DNA of 63,913 nt, filler included, from Pelomyxa schiedti (GCA_020536535.1; 15 parts of 15 records of this genome joined end to end with filler, not necessarily neighbours in it); one strand, 5' to 3'; counted from the whole stretch's first letter, positions 1 to 16,364 are shown. Translations and numbers: made by a program. Notes: generated from the letters alone by a model not told the origin.

Positions 1-294
1 AACAACCTCACAGCACCACTGAGGATTATACTGCGCCCAGTTGTTGAGTGCCGGTTGTTTGCCGAAGGTGGCCTCATATTCGTCAGAACAGGCAGCAGAT
101 TTGAAGTATATGTTTGTGGCGCCACAGCGCCCATTGTTGCCTTCCAACCAACTAAATTCTGGGTCAATGCCCAGAACCACTTCTCATTCATTGTGTGATG
201 TTGATACCACACACGAAAAGCGTGGTATTAAAAAAACCTCGGTTTCTTCTTCTTGCAGTTGCATAAATTAAACTAACCCAAGATCTGCACGCCC

Positions 295-3571
<3,277 letters not shown>

Positions 3572-3654
3572 CCCTGTGAATTCCCAAATAAAGGGTTTTT
3601 TTTTAACTGTATTGAGAACACTAGGCGGCGTCATTTAAAACTTCATAACTAGGT

Positions 3655-5529
3655 CTAGTTATTGAATGGTGTGTGTGACCACACGGAAGTGGGAGGCAGC
3701 TGTTTGGTGTTGAAAGCCCAGAGGTCAGTGTACAGGGTGGCAACATAAAGGGTATCATCAAGCTCCAGTGAATCGCATACAATGTGCATGAATGGAGCAC
3801 AGTCCTCTAACATGCCGATGCACTCTCCCTTCTCATTTAGTTTCATAACTGCGGAGTAGAGCAGGTCAGGGATTCGATGTGTTTGAAGTGGGAGTGAAAG
3901 TGGGAGTAGTAAGTAGAGCGGAGAAAGTACCTACCCCGTGCCAGTGCATATGTTCCGGCTTTATGAAGAGAGTTACAATTCTCCTCAGGAAGGGATGACC
4001 GGCTAGCCAGTCAGTTACACAGAAGGGTTCTGACCTTTTAGTGGCACCTGCGAGGAGGTAAGTTCCGGGCTCTGATCCTCTCTGCAGATTATCTGGCGCC
4101 GTTGGAAGGCTGCAGTATGTATGAATACCACGAAAGGAGTGGAAATAAATTGGGTGCGGAGGTGGAACCTGTCAGCAAAGACAGTGAGGAGCCCTTTGCT
4201 GTGTCCTTTGATCCCGTATTTGTAAATCCGGTGCCTTGTGGTTGATGCAATGAGCAGAGCATCATTAGAGTGTGTGAGGCAGAGCCCGTTGGCAAAGGCA
4301 ATTCCGCCGACTTCTACTCTGTGCTTGAGTGAGTGAAAAGGAAACTGAAGGGGTTGTACTTTGCCTCCCCAGTGGCGATGTTGTATGAGGCCAAGTATCC
4401 AGAAGGGCGTCCTTCAATTGCTATATGATGTTATTCCAAATAAAGAAGAGTGTTATGGGGGCGAACATTCAAACAGGAACTGTNNNNNNNNNNNNNNNNN
4501 NNNNNNNNNNNNNNNNNNNNNNNNNNNNNNNNNNNNNNNNNNNNNNNNNNNNNNNNNNNNNNNNNNNNNNNNNNNNNNNNNNNGCCTCCCCAGTGGCGAT
4601 GTTGTATGAGGCCAAGTATCCAGAAGGGCGTCCTTCAATTGCTATATGATGTTATTCCAAATAAAGAAGAGTGTTATGGGGGCGAACATTCAAACAGGAA
4701 CTGTTTTCTCTGGTACTTTTTGGATGATACAGTGAAGTAGACAATTCCTTCCACTACAATAATGGAATTAAGAATCATTACTTTCTGACCAGCAATACTA
4801 TCCACCAGTAAAGATATTTCTGAACAATTAATGAGTACAGAACACTTCTTGCTAGGAATGCGGGAGATACTCTTGTTAACAGTATTAACCTGCAATAAAC
4901 CCAAGTAGGAATCAGCTACAATGAGATTGCCATCATCCAAAGGTACTACACCAAGAGGTCTCCCGCAAATAGACTCGGCTGCCATAGTACTGGAGCGGTG
5001 TGAGATTTATGGGGAATTTACATGAAATAACCTCACCCGCACTCGGGTATGATTTTTCCAGTGTGAGCAATCCTGCAGTCACTCAGAAACATACTTTAAA
5101 GAAGAAAAATGTAACCTCTCAAAGGATTCACTAGAATTCTTCCGTGGATCAAACCTCACAATCCAGCCATCCGTCAAGCCAGTGTATATATACGGTTCCA
5201 CATATGTCAATGCCTCACCGCCCTTGATCAATCCAGGCAGTACTTTCAATCCTCTTTCCTCCATCAAGCCACCATCCTCCTCCTTACCATCACAACATCT
5301 CTCACAAGGTGGCAATTTCCCCAAGTCCTTAGCTACCCTTATACATTAGTTCAATACTTTGCCCAAAAAATAACTAACAAATAAAAATTTAAAAACTGAA
5401 AAATATTGACGCACAATAGTCAATGGGACTCATGTTGACCATAAGTTTCAATCGTGGCATACTGATTGACACCAATACGCCAAAAAGTACCACAGCAACA
5501 CCGCCCAATACCCAACGCGACAGTCCCAT
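3655..5529 (-). CDS. Strictosidine synthase-like / APMAP-type beta-propeller with N-terminal membrane anchor, multi-exon
   Basis: N-terminal hydrophobic helix; IYTGLTDGWIVRF; CGRPLGV..DDGNLIVADSYLGLLQVN; VYFTVSSKKYQRKQF...SPP. Spans a 100-N gap with a duplicated 121-nt overlap. Confidence 0.85.
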
Positions 5530-6459
5530 AATCGCCAATTTTTGTTGACGGTTCGCCGGCTCCTTTACACCGCTTGGCCCTCAGCCCCTCACAAAAAAAA
5601 TTCCGTGGTCGTTCGGGGAACGGAAAGATGTAACTCTGATGAAAAGGAAAAAAATATCAGATGTCATTGAGCTTCCTGCCGCTGGAGGCAATCCGGGTAT
5701 TGATGTTCTCTGGTTGGTGATTGTTCCTCACCCTCGAAAATGCTAAATTGTACTTAAAAATTCAAACATTAATTAAAACACTCAGAGCAATGTTGCTGGT
5801 GGCAGGTATCCCTACTGGTCACGCCATACTAACAGGAGATACTCATCCAACCCCTTGCCTCTGCCATGAGTGTGGATACGCTCCTCGCTCATTGAAGCGT
5901 TCTCCGTATCCTCTGCTCAATCATGACGTTCATAAATACTTCAGATTGACACTGCATTCAGGGGCTCACAGTCTCGATCTGGTGTTGACGCCGAGTATAC
6001 TCGGACTGCCGCTCAGTGCAACACATCCCTGATGTGAGTGATGTTGCACTTGCTGTACTACCCCCCAGCCTAGAACCCCGGTTGCAGGAAACACAAGTTG
6101 GGGAGAAAATCAAGAAAAAACGGCTGTGTGGACGACTCTGGTTTTCCACCTTAGGGAATGTTGGATCCTACATTCGCTGCATCAAAGTCGCGACCCTGCA
6201 CATTCTTTCGCTACTCTTGCCTGTTATGGGCTCTGCACCCGCGGAAAATCAATCAGCGCAGCAGCTAACCGCCAAAGATGAAAGTCAGAATTCATTTCGA
6301 AGAACGCTGATCAACAAAAGCGAAATATAAACTCGAAGGAGAAAGCACAACAGACACAAAAAAATAAAAGAAAGAGAGGCAGGGGGAAAAAGACAGAAAA
6401 ACAAAGACAAAAATAAAAACTTTACGAAACACACGACACGCGATACGTATTTGCCGGAA

Positions 6460-8046
6460 ATGCGACAACAAGTGCGAGTCGTAGTACCCAAGAAAGAGCC
6501 TGTTTGCACTACGCCTGTTGTAACACGCAGGAAACGAGGGCGCCCTCCAAAGGCCGTCGCACAACAACGCAAAGAGGCCGAACTCCAACTACAACAACTC
6601 CGCGAAGAGGCGGAACTACGAGAACGAGAACAACAGAAGGTGGCCCTGGAGGTATCTTCTCCTTCGTTCTCGCCTTGTACTCCCGCAGCTCCTGCGACCG
6701 TAGACGACCAGGACTGCGCAAGCCCCCTCCAGGGACCGACTTCGCCGTGCCTACCGCCCTCTTCGGACGTATGCGGTACTCCGTCGTCGCATCACCGGAG
6801 GAGCCACTCCTCTTCTAGCCACAACAAGAACAACTCCAACTGCGGAGGCAACGGAAAGCAGAAGCGCAAGCAGGGCGTTAAGTCTACCCTAGCGACGCTC
6901 AAGTTCAGGCAGACAAGAATTACTTCTTCTTGCTGCCACGTACACCCACCCGGAGGAGTAGAGGAGTCTGCAGTAGCCCCACCGCCAAAGACCCGTCGAG
7001 TTGGTGTTTCTAGCTCCGTACCTGGAACTCCGGCCTTGACCGATGTAGATGTAGTCAGCGGCGCTCAGAGCCATACCCATGGTACTCAGGGCAATATCTG
7101 CCAGCATTGTAAACATACCAGTTCGTCTTTCTTTGTGCCGACATACGATCAGTCACAGTTTACTTTATCTGTGCTGCAGCACCCACCTAGGAAGGCGAAT
7201 GTGCCATATGTAAAGTTGAAAACAGGGTTCTTGGCTTTACGCGGTAGGTTTCCTAACTTATTTGACACGGTGGCCTAACCTTACCCTTAGAGCTTGAACC
7301 CGGAGAGGAAGCTCCTTGCCGCATTATGTTGGCAAACGAAACTTCTGTGAATGGAGAAAAGCGCACTTCTGGTGCTCTGAAGATCAGAGTCTTCACCCAG
7401 CAGAACGCCAACTCTAATTATGTGAGGACAGAGACACTTTATGGTTAGCACCTTTCTTACAACCCACTTCACAAAAACTAACCCAAACACCAGAAGTCGA
7501 ACCGGTTTACAAAAGCCCTCTTTTGACTTCTGAGGAGCCCCCTCCTTGCTCTCCTGAAATAACCACCCCAGCATTCCCGACTTACAATAACACAACAACA
7601 TCGTCGCCTTCGTCATCTCCTACACACACACCTAAGCCCTCGCCCACTCCCACCCCATCCCTTCTCGGTGGGCACCGCTTCCCGATGGGCCCCTGCCCCT
7701 CGTTCACACTCTCCTATGACAACACAAACTCCGGCGAGGGCGAGTCTCAGCCTCAGGACACTCCCGAGGAGCTTGATGAACTTGATGACGAAGGCCCAGC
7801 CTCGGACAAGGAAGAAGAGCCCGCCTCGGAACCGGTGGAAGCCTACCTCTTCCAGGACGCCGATCACAAGGCGTACACCCAGGAGCCACAGCCACAGCCC
7901 CAGAATCCGGCCCTCCCGGAAAATCCGCAACAAGCAGAACAAGTCCAGCCAGAGCCAGAAGTTCAGCCCGCGGAGGAGCCGCAGCACAACCAGGAGTGCT
8001 CCTCCGAGCCGTGCCTCTGCCTTTCTTGCTGCAGCGGCCAGGCTGC
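6460..8046 (+). CDS. AT-hook-containing low-complexity protein; true C-terminus is displaced to 15903-16074
   Basis: RRKRGRPPK AT-hook followed by a coiled coil. Introns at about 7243-7290 and 7444-7493 join the 6451 and 7523 ORFs in frame. Confidence 0.65.
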
Positions 8047-8149
8047 NNNNNNNNNNNNNNNNNNNNNNNNNNNNNNNNNNNNNNNNNNNNNNNNNNNNNN
8101 NNNNNNNNNNNNNNNNNNNNNNNNNNNNNNNNNNNNNNNNNNNNNNAAG

Positions 8150-11100
8150 ATGATGCGATGGGTGATCGACCTGGACGACGACCTTGGGGACCTGTTCCCA
8201 CCATCAGCAACAACGAGGTCCCTGCCTCCGTTTTCCCCGGGCGTGGTGGTGGCGCCCGCGCCGGCCCCGGCGGGCACCCCGGCCGCCGCTGGCCCACCAC
8301 CACCAACACCACCACTCCCTCTGCCCCTACTACCACCAGCCAGGAAGCACAGCAACAAGTCCGCGACCGCCAAGAGGCCCAGGGCCACAACGGTGCACAA
8401 GGGGGGCCAGCGCCACCGCAACCACCACCAGCAGCACCACCACCACCACACCCAAGCGACCGCCACCGCGACGGCAGCAGCAGGTCCCGCCCCGGTGGTG
8501 GTGGGGGTGCCCACCAAGATGAAGAAGAGGACAAAGAAGAAGCCCAGCCGAGCCCCCACCACCGCCCCCACAACCACCACAACCACAACAACAAGCAGCA
8601 GCACGGGGGGTGGGGGTGGCGCCGTACCCGAGGGACCGGGGCACGTGGGCATCGGAACCGGGATCGGGGGTGGAGATGGGAGTGGGAATGGGAATGTAGG
8701 CAGGGGCAAGGGGCTGGGGCTGGGGACGGGGACGGGGATGGGGATGAGGGCGGCAACCGGCGTGCACGTCGTGGGGATGCCCCCGCCAATCACTAAGAAT
8801 CCTGACAAGTCCCTCATTGCAAAGTTCGAGGAGGTATGTGTGTGCGTTGTTTTGTGTTGCGAGATAGCCTTGGTTGAGATTACAAGTCCTATTTTATTTC
8901 TCGCTGTAAAATTATTGTGATTTTCGAGGATTGACCACGTTACCCATGTAGAAGTTCCCGTCATTGGTTGGGGCCACTGACTGCCCAAAATGTTGCACTA
9001 TCAGAATGTATACAATTCATACTTATGAGGTGTTCAACCAACTAGGCTGAACGAAGAATAACAGATTCAAAAACAGGGGATAAGCAATTGCCCGTATCGC
9101 CATATGAAAGAAGGTGGCTGGACGAAATGGAATGACTGCATGCTGTGGATGTGTGGGTGTTGCTCGCAAGAGCAATGCCCTGCCAAGCACGATATCACGC
9201 ATCACAACGTACTCGCTGCCCGAGCATGCTTCTTTCCTCGTCAGGATAGTGATCCAGAAATGTTGGTTTGATCTCAATCCTGCCTTTATCTTATTTTCCG
9301 CAGGGTACCGACTTCCGTTTTGGAGGCAGAGGTATCCTCGAAGCATAAGACTGCTACGTTGGGCCAAGGTTTGTCACTGACTAGTCATCCCTCAATGCGT
9401 AACAAAAACAGGAAAGTATTCCTCTGTATTCAAGATAAAGTACAATGGTAAAGATGTGGCGCTGAAAGTATGGAAGAGACCAACTGAAGACTTTTGGAAT
9501 GAGGTGGCAATGTTCAGGTGGGATGCTGTCACCGATATACCGTGAATTAAATTCATCACTCTTTTCTACAGGAAAATAGGAAAACATAAAAATATTGTGG
9601 AATTCATGGGGTTTTATGATGCTCCCAAGACTCATTGCATTGCTATGGCAGCATACCGTCAAACGCTTCTGGAATATGTTGAAAGCAGACCTAGCTCAAG
9701 TCCCCATACCATAGTTACTAATGCTATACAAATTGCCAAACAGATTGGTAATTGATTCCAGATAATATTATCTATATGGTTAACATTTCTCCCAGCAAAG
9801 GCGCTGGAATGGATTCACTCCCTTGGCCTTGTGTAGTTTTTTCCCCTGTACATTTTTTACATTTAACTTCCTTTGAAGGCATCAAGACTTGAAGCCTGAG
9901 AATTGCGGAATAACAAAGGTACCTGCCTGAACTATAAGCTTACCAACATTGTGGTAGATGCCCTCAGGTGAAAGACTCGTAGTTATTGGGTACACTATTA
10001 CCAATTCTTAGTGTTTTGTTAAACTCGGACAGGGATTTCGGAACAGTTGCATGGAGAAATCAGACCTATGGAAGATGTGGTACAGGTACAAACACCTGGT
10101 TGGAGTAACTGAAACTCATTGTTACACAAAGTAACCTGGTCAGCCCCTGAAACTTTTTCAGGGGAGCACAATGTGGACCCGAAATCTGACATATTCAGTT
10201 TTGGTTAGAACCTTTGTTCGGATGCTCTTTAGTCACTAATATGTTAGGATTGATTTTATGGTACCTTGTCAGTGATACCGCCGAATTCCCCACCACCGGG
10301 ATTTCTAGTAGGCATCTTGCCGCTTCTTCCACCTCACCATACAACTCCTATCAGCCTCATATTCCCTCATATGCACCCAAGCAATGCGCACAACTTCTCA
10401 AATCCTGCTGGAGCAAACAGCTGGCACATCGACCGGATGCCGGAGGTGTTATGCGCGCCTTGGGTGCAATTGAAAAGGAAGTAGCTGAAACAAAGAAGAT
10501 GGCAGCCAGACGCGAAAGGATGAAAAAGAAGGCTCTGGAAAAATTGGAATACATGCCAGGGGAGAAAACAGAACGGAAAAGGAAGCAAGCACCAGCCTTC
10601 CCTGAAATCACGCGCAAAGAGGAAGATACCCCAACCGAAGATGAAGAGTGTTACATTCAACCTCCCCCTCAATTACCAATTAATCCTTCACTCCCGGCAA
10701 CACCTTCTCGTATTTACAACCTTCCTTCCAACCGCGTAAGTTCACCACAGCAGCCAATTTCACCTCAAACACAAGCCGTGCCAACGCAAGCCATTACGGC
10801 ACCCAATACCGCTCCTCCACCAACAATATGGATAGACGACGATGACGATGATACTGAGGACGAGCAAGAAGAAGAACCAATCCCTATTCCTGCACAACCA
10901 AAGAAGAGAAGAGTGGGATGCATTCTAGCCGATGTAGGCGGCGTTTTAGGCCTCCGCATTGTGCCTCAATCCCGGCCCCCATCACCACCTAAGAAAGCCA
11001 CAATACCCAAACCTACAACATTAATAACACAAACACAGCCGCAAATACCACAACCGCAACCGCAAATCCTAATTCCACAGTCACTACCGCCGTCATTACC

Positions 11101-11269
11101 AATACCAGTACCAATACAAATACAGCCGGAACTACAACAATTTCCAAGTCCTGCACCAGCCACAACCCACAAACACTCACACAAAAAGAAGCACCAAGTT
11201 AAGCAGAGCAAGACCAGAAGAATTACAACTTCCACAACAACTACAACAATCATAGAGGAGGGAGAATGA
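8150..11269 (+). CDS. Protein kinase (TKL-like, HQD catalytic loop) with long low-complexity termini, multi-exon
   Basis: Spliced motifs KDVALK, HKNIVEF, HSLGLVHQDLKPEN, VIGDFG, CGTVTWSAPE, KSDIFSFGLILW, CWSKQLAHRP. Confidence 0.85.
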
Positions 11270-11558
11270 AACCTAGGGCAGGTTGATTTAGCTTCCCTCC
11301 AATTGACCAAACATTAATATTGTTCACATAACTTTTCCACTTGATCCTTTATTTTGTGCATAACCAAACAACAAACAGAGCCTCACCATCACCAATCACT
11401 TTTTTTTCCTCGTTCCAACGAAAAGGGAAAAAAAAAACACCCTTTGACCGAGTTTTTTTTCCCTTATTCTTTTGACAACAAACACCGGCGTGTATCGGCG
11501 TCCATTTTTTTGGCCCTCGCGCTGTCATAAAACAAAACAAACGCCAGATCTGACTACG

Positions 11559-13273
11559 ATGAGGAGGGTTGGTGCCGTTGTGGTTTGTATCGCGGCCGTA
11601 ATCGCGTCCGTGGTGGTTGCCGAGGCGCAATCGGCGGCGACAAATAAGCCGAGGGTGTTGGTTATTGCGCCCAGCGAAGTTGAGGCTCAGTCATACAGCG
11701 GTTTCCTCAACATGGTTCAAGGTTTGCCTTGCGATTGTTACGTCGCGTTATTATGCATTAAAAGTGACTTGTAATATCTGTGCCACCGTTACGAATTTTG
11801 TTGTACAGAAGCGGGATATGATATTAGAGTGTCGAAGGCGGATGACGCTGCGCCCCTGACGTTGTATGGCTGGGACGAGTTTGACAATTTAATCCTTCTT
11901 GATTCTCAATCAGGTCAGTAATCTGAGTACTCACAACTTTGTTAATACAATAGTTTCGCACAGAGCTTACCGCCAAGGTAACACCCGACAGCATTTTATC
12001 TTTCATTGATGCCGGCCACAACGTCATTTTGGCAGCAAGTTCCCAAGGTTGGAGTGATGCTTTCAGCACTATTGCCGCCGAGTGTGGTGTCAAGCTGTCG
12101 GAAAATCCCCATGACCTCGTCTTTGACCACGTTCATTCCCTACCTCTACCAGCCTCACTTCAACTCGACACACACACACTCATTGAGGCCAAAGTTACTG
12201 CGCTCCTGCCACCCATGCAGAAGGCGATTCCCAATATTGCTTATAGAGGAACGTGCATAGACCTTGAGGGGAAAACCACAACGTCCCCTCTGCACACGCG
12301 AGTTGCTAGCTCCCTTGCTACAGCCTATTGTGCTGACGCGCATCATTCACGTGCCCCTATTGCTACTGCAAATATCGCACCACAGCTTATGGTTGCTCTG
12401 CAAGCAAGAAACAACGCTAGAGTAATCATCAGTGGAAGTGCTGAATTATTCAGTGATGCATTCTTTGCTATGAATGTTACTGGTGAGGATGGACTCATTA
12501 GGTAGGATAGTGATTTATACTCACAGGACCTTACATACTACAGCCAGCCAGCAGGCAACAAAGAGCTGTCTTCAATGCTTATTGACTGGACATTCCAGCA
12601 CACCGGTGTACTGCGTATGAATAACGTTCAGATTAAAAAAATTGGTGGTGTGAAAGATGAAGAGCTCCCCGCAAATGAGGACAGCGACCCAATGTTTACC
12701 ATAAAGGATGTTATTGTGTGTACTCCGATTATGGCTTATGATTATACTTATTACCTCAGGAATACAGCGTTGATATTCAAGAGTGGGACAATATCCAACA
12801 GCAGTGGGTTCCAACTGACCGCGATGATGTTCAGGTTTGAGCAATTATTTTTCCCGTTTATCACTCACTGGATCTTAGCTCGAGGTCACAATGCTAAATC
12901 CCTACATCAGACTTACACTCAAGCCTGACCACGGTACACACAAAGCGCAATTCACATTGCCTGATGTTTATGGTTTGCTTTTCGCGGCATAGCGCACTTT
13001 GACTAATTCCGCAACAAAAGGACTTTTCACTCTCAAGATTGATTACCGACGACCCGGCTATTCTTGGATGGAGGCAAATGACCATATTTCTGTGAGACCT
13101 TTCAGGCACAACCAGTACGAGCGGTTCATTTCCTCGGCAAATCCATTTTATTTTGGTTTGTCTTCCCTCCCTTTTTTTTTGAGTACTGATCTGAAACAGC
13201 ATCCTTTTGCATGATTGGTGGAGTTGTACTATTCTCTCTGATCTTTTTGTTCACCAATCCCCACAAGCAGTGA
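11559..13273 (+). CDS. WBP1: Oligosaccharyltransferase 48 kDa subunit (Wbp1/DDOST), multi-exon
   Basis: Signal peptide; ALQARNNARVIISGS.ELFSD; LPDVYG.FT.KIDYRRPGY; VRPFRHNQYERFISSANPFY followed by a C-terminal TM helix. Confidence 0.93.
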
Positions 13274-13438
13274 CACCATCTACTTCCCCTATCTAAAATA
13301 AGGCATTTTCTCTAGAGTTCACCTTCCCTCTTTTAAAGAGAAATTTTTCGCTTTTTCTGTCAATAGCCATCACTCCTTTCTGGTTGTAGGCTAAAGAAGA
13401 ATGGTGAAAGGAAAACTACTTGATCATGTTTGTGGTAC

Positions 13439-14908
13439 TCAATGAAAGAAAAACAGTTTGTCCTGACCTAACGTGAGGACATAATTGACAACAGCCAAGA
13501 GAGTGTCGGTCTCAGCATCAGTGATCGCATACCTTCTTGTCCAGCCAGTTGCTTTGCCTGGCTGATGTGGGTTCTGCCCCACAGATGCCCACATTAGAAT
13601 CCCAGCAACTTGTTGGCTGCCAAACCGCAGTTGCATTTTCACTTGTGACACAAACCTCTGGGAACTGATTCTCAGGCAAGGTGTGTTGAGGTTGGATGTG
13701 TTGTATACCTCGTATTCCATCCCAATGGTGTTGACTGCAATGACGGTGGGGCTGAGGCAGTGAACATAACTCTCCCCTCTGAAAGTGTGGTTTGTGTGGG
13801 ACTCCGTGTTGTACACACTTAGGCCTCCTCTGATTTCCTGGTAAACTGCACAAAGGGGATCACCACAAAGAAAGTTCACACAGTTTCCAGGTGGCAGGGA
13901 AATTGGCTCAGCTTGCATCACCTTCATTCCCTTGCTGAAACTCTCCTCCAAGTCAATCATCTCCAAGTGGGTCTGAGCCATATTATTATCGTCGCAGGTG
14001 CGGATTGGCAAAAACAGAACATTCACGTGGTGGTCGCTCAGAGCTGCGCGAAAATTACGAGTTCCCAGGTCAATGCTTTTACAGCGATCCTCAGTGAACA
14101 ACTCACTTCCTCTTCCTGAACCCCCAATCCTCCACACTGTCATGTGTCTGTCTCTGAGAACCACAAGCCACCTGCTGTTTACGTGGATGGAAGAATGCCG
14201 CCGCGCCGCAGCCGCGCCTTTCCCAACAGGTGCCACGTGCTCCACCGCGCATCCATTCCCATCCACCACTTCGAAGTCAAAGACTCGCGTTCCCGAGTTG
14301 CCATCCTCCAGTACAAGCCTTTCACCGCCAATCACACCAACACCACCGCCGCCGCCGCCGCCGCCACAACATGATGAATCTGGCGAATCTCCTTCCCTGC
14401 CCCCCTCCTCCTTCCTTGGATGAACAGCAGCAACACCACCCGTCGTGGTTCCAACGTGCCCAATGAGGATCCTCATCGCGCCCTCGGTCGTCGCGAACTG
14501 GGCCGACCTCACAACCCCGAGCGTCGGCGACAGTCTCATCCACACGTGCACCTGATGGTAAGCCCTGCCCGTGCGCGTCTTCTTGTCGACGTCCTCGCCC
14601 ACGAGCATGGATTCGACAACGTCGCGGCAGCCGCGCAGGACCCACTCCCTGCCAAACTGCGCGATTATAGACGGGGACGCGGCGAGGAGCCTGGACGGCG
14701 ACCGCGCCCTCGTCCTGGCAACGAGTGAACCGCACGCGAACGCGACAAACTGGCCCGCCGCTGATATTGCCACTTCAAGTGTGACTCGTTGTGGCGAAGA
14801 GTTTGTTGTTGGTGCGTTGGTGTATGTTTGGTGTGGTTGTTGAGTTTGTGGTTCGTTGTCGTTGTCGTTGTTGTTGCCGTACGACTGTGCCGATTGTGTC
14901 GTTCCCAT
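13439..14908 (-). CDS. Orphan expanded-family protein (intronless, MGxxxS N-terminus)
   Basis: 489-aa ORF. Shares the motifs SAAGQFVAFAC, FGREWVL, LSPTLGVV, NSRWLV, IDLEESF and a C-terminal DAETDTLL with other copies in the window. Confidence 0.8.
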   Translation of the reverse strand: MGTTQSAQSYGNNNDNDNEPQTQQPHQTYTNAPTTNSSPQRVTLEVAISAAGQFVAFACGSLVARTRARSPSRLLAASPSIIAQFGREWVLRGCRDVVESMLVGEDVDKKTRTGRAYHQVHVWMRLSPTLGVVRSAQFATTEGAMRILIGHVGTTTGGVAAVHPRKEEGGREGDSPDSSCCGGGGGGGGVGVIGGERLVLEDGNSGTRVFDFEVVDGNGCAVEHVAPVGKGAAAARRHSSIHVNSRWLVVLRDRHMTVWRIGGSGRGSELFTEDRCKSIDLGTRNFRAALSDHHVNVLFLPIRTCDDNNMAQTHLEMIDLEESFSKGMKVMQAEPISLPPGNCVNFLCGDPLCAVYQEIRGGLSVYNTESHTNHTFRGESYVHCLSPTVIAVNTIGMEYEVYNTSNLNTPCLRISSQRFVSQVKMQLRFGSQQVAGILMWASVGQNPHQPGKATGWTRRYAITDAETDTLLAVVNYVLTLGQDKLFFFH

Positions 14909-14980
14909 TTTTCAAGTCGTTCTGGCCAAAAAGACAAAACCAAAGGTTCCCTTCTCAGCACCAATACACTCCTTAACTTA

Positions 14981-15681
14981 TTATTGGTGGTATTTGATGA
15001 AAGCCAAGAGGGTGTCAGTCTCAGCATCAGTGATGGCGTACCTGGTCACCACCGATGAACCTGTTGTGGGCGTGGAAGGGAGTGGCGCTGGAGGTGTTGA
15101 GCACTGCCACACAACAACCCCACAAGGCAGCATGTCAGTGACTGACATCACGATGGCTGATCCACCTGTATCAAACGACCTCTGAAAAGGGACACCAATG
15201 GAGGGTGTGAAGAGGTCATCAGAGGTGCGTATCACACTGAGCTCAGGTGTGGGTCCGTAGGTGCAGACTGCAATGAGGTTTCCCCCGAGAACGCGGACTA
15301 CGCCTTCAATGGTGTGTGCTCGGTTGGTGCTGGTGTTGTGGAAGTGGAAAATCTGCGTTGTGCACCCCTGTGTGAAGGCGCAGATTGGATCACCACCGAG
15401 CACAGAGATGATATTATTTGTGGGCAATGAGATAGGCACAGGATCCTTCTTGAGAACGATGGCACCCTTGTTGAAGCTCTCTTTCAAATCAACGTGCCTC
15501 AGGAAAGGATCTCCCATGTCGGCCATGAGCAACACATCGGGATCATGCTCACAGAGTGCGGCTGAAAGATAGGGCTTATAACCCAACTTTATCTTTGCGC
15601 AGCACTCCTCAGTGAACAGCGGGTTGCCGTTGCTTTCTTCAGACTCATTGGGCAGCCAGAGCCTCCACAGAATAATTTCTC
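14981..15681 (-). CDS. Tandem paralogue of the orphan family (3' part, truncated by gap)
   Basis: VDLKESFNKG, PISLP, GGDPICA and TRYAITDAETDTLLA closely match 13439-14908. Confidence 0.8.
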
Positions 15682-15781
15682 NNNNNNNNNNNNNNNNNNN
15701 NNNNNNNNNNNNNNNNNNNNNNNNNNNNNNNNNNNNNNNNNNNNNNNNNNNNNNNNNNNNNNNNNNNNNNNNNNNNNNNNN

Positions 15782-16074
15782 CGCAACAAGCAGAACAAGT
15801 CCAGCCAGAGCCAGAAGTTCAGCCCGCGGAGGAGCCGCAGCACAACCAGGAGTGCTCCTCCGAGCCGTGCCTCTGCCTTTCTTGCTGCAGCGGCCAGGCT
15901 GCTTACTGCTTGCTGGACAACATATGGCGCGATAATAGCGGCGCCGCGGCCCTTCCTCCCTCCTCCCTGTCTGTGATACTCGGAGCTACCCCCACACCAG
16001 CCTCAGTGCTGAACACACGCGTGAGCCAGAGCATAGAGGAGGCGGATATCCTCCAGTTTATTGACTCGCTTTGA
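15782..16074 (+). CDS. Displaced C-terminal part of the AT-hook gene (fills the 8047-8146 gap)
   Basis: 15782-15902 is identical to 7926-8046, and the frame continues ...GQAAYCLLDNIW...ADILQFIDSL* to TGA at 16072-16074. Confidence 0.8.
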
Positions 16075-16220
16075 GGTTGCCAGGCAGCCTTCTTTGCACT
16101 CTGAACTTACCCACACATGCATTATTCAAACCTATGGATGTTTTTGTAGTTTTTGGTGGTTATTTTAAATAGAGAAAACCTTTTTCTCTGTCTTCTCTTT
16201 TATTGTCAGAAGGAAAAAGA

Positions 16221-16364
16221 TGTGTTGGGTGGGGTTTGAACCCACGACACCGTGGGTGACTAGCCGAAGTCTAGAACTCCGGCTAAATTCCCTGACGCCA
16301 CTCCCACTTGGAATCTGGTAGGTTTTTACAACGGTCCTACGGTCTTGCACTGAACTCCAAACAC
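16221..16364 (-). ncRNA. tRNA-like Pol III RNA (144 nt) with enlarged central domain
   Basis: Perfect T-arm GTGGG-TTCAAAC-CCCAC (B box); acceptor-like stem GTGTTTG/CCAACAC plus A; A-box-like GAGTTCAGTGC; TTTTT just downstream. Confidence 0.6.

Noticed and set aside
4363-4704. Direct repeats flanking 100-N gaps (also near 20705, 24501 and 45967)
   Set aside because: Exact 121-nt or 77-nt overlaps typical of assembler k-mer joins.
7523-8920. 465-aa ORF spanning a gap
   Set aside because: Chimera of two genes across an unfilled gap.
7613-8988. Long antisense and overlapping ORFs in GC-rich regions
   Set aside because: Shadow ORFs of low-complexity coding sequence.
16261-16285. Amber-suppressor or pyrrolysine tRNA and stop-codon reassignment
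   Set aside because: The CUA loop is not in a canonical cloverleaf position, and TAA, TAG and TGA all terminate conserved genes in this window.
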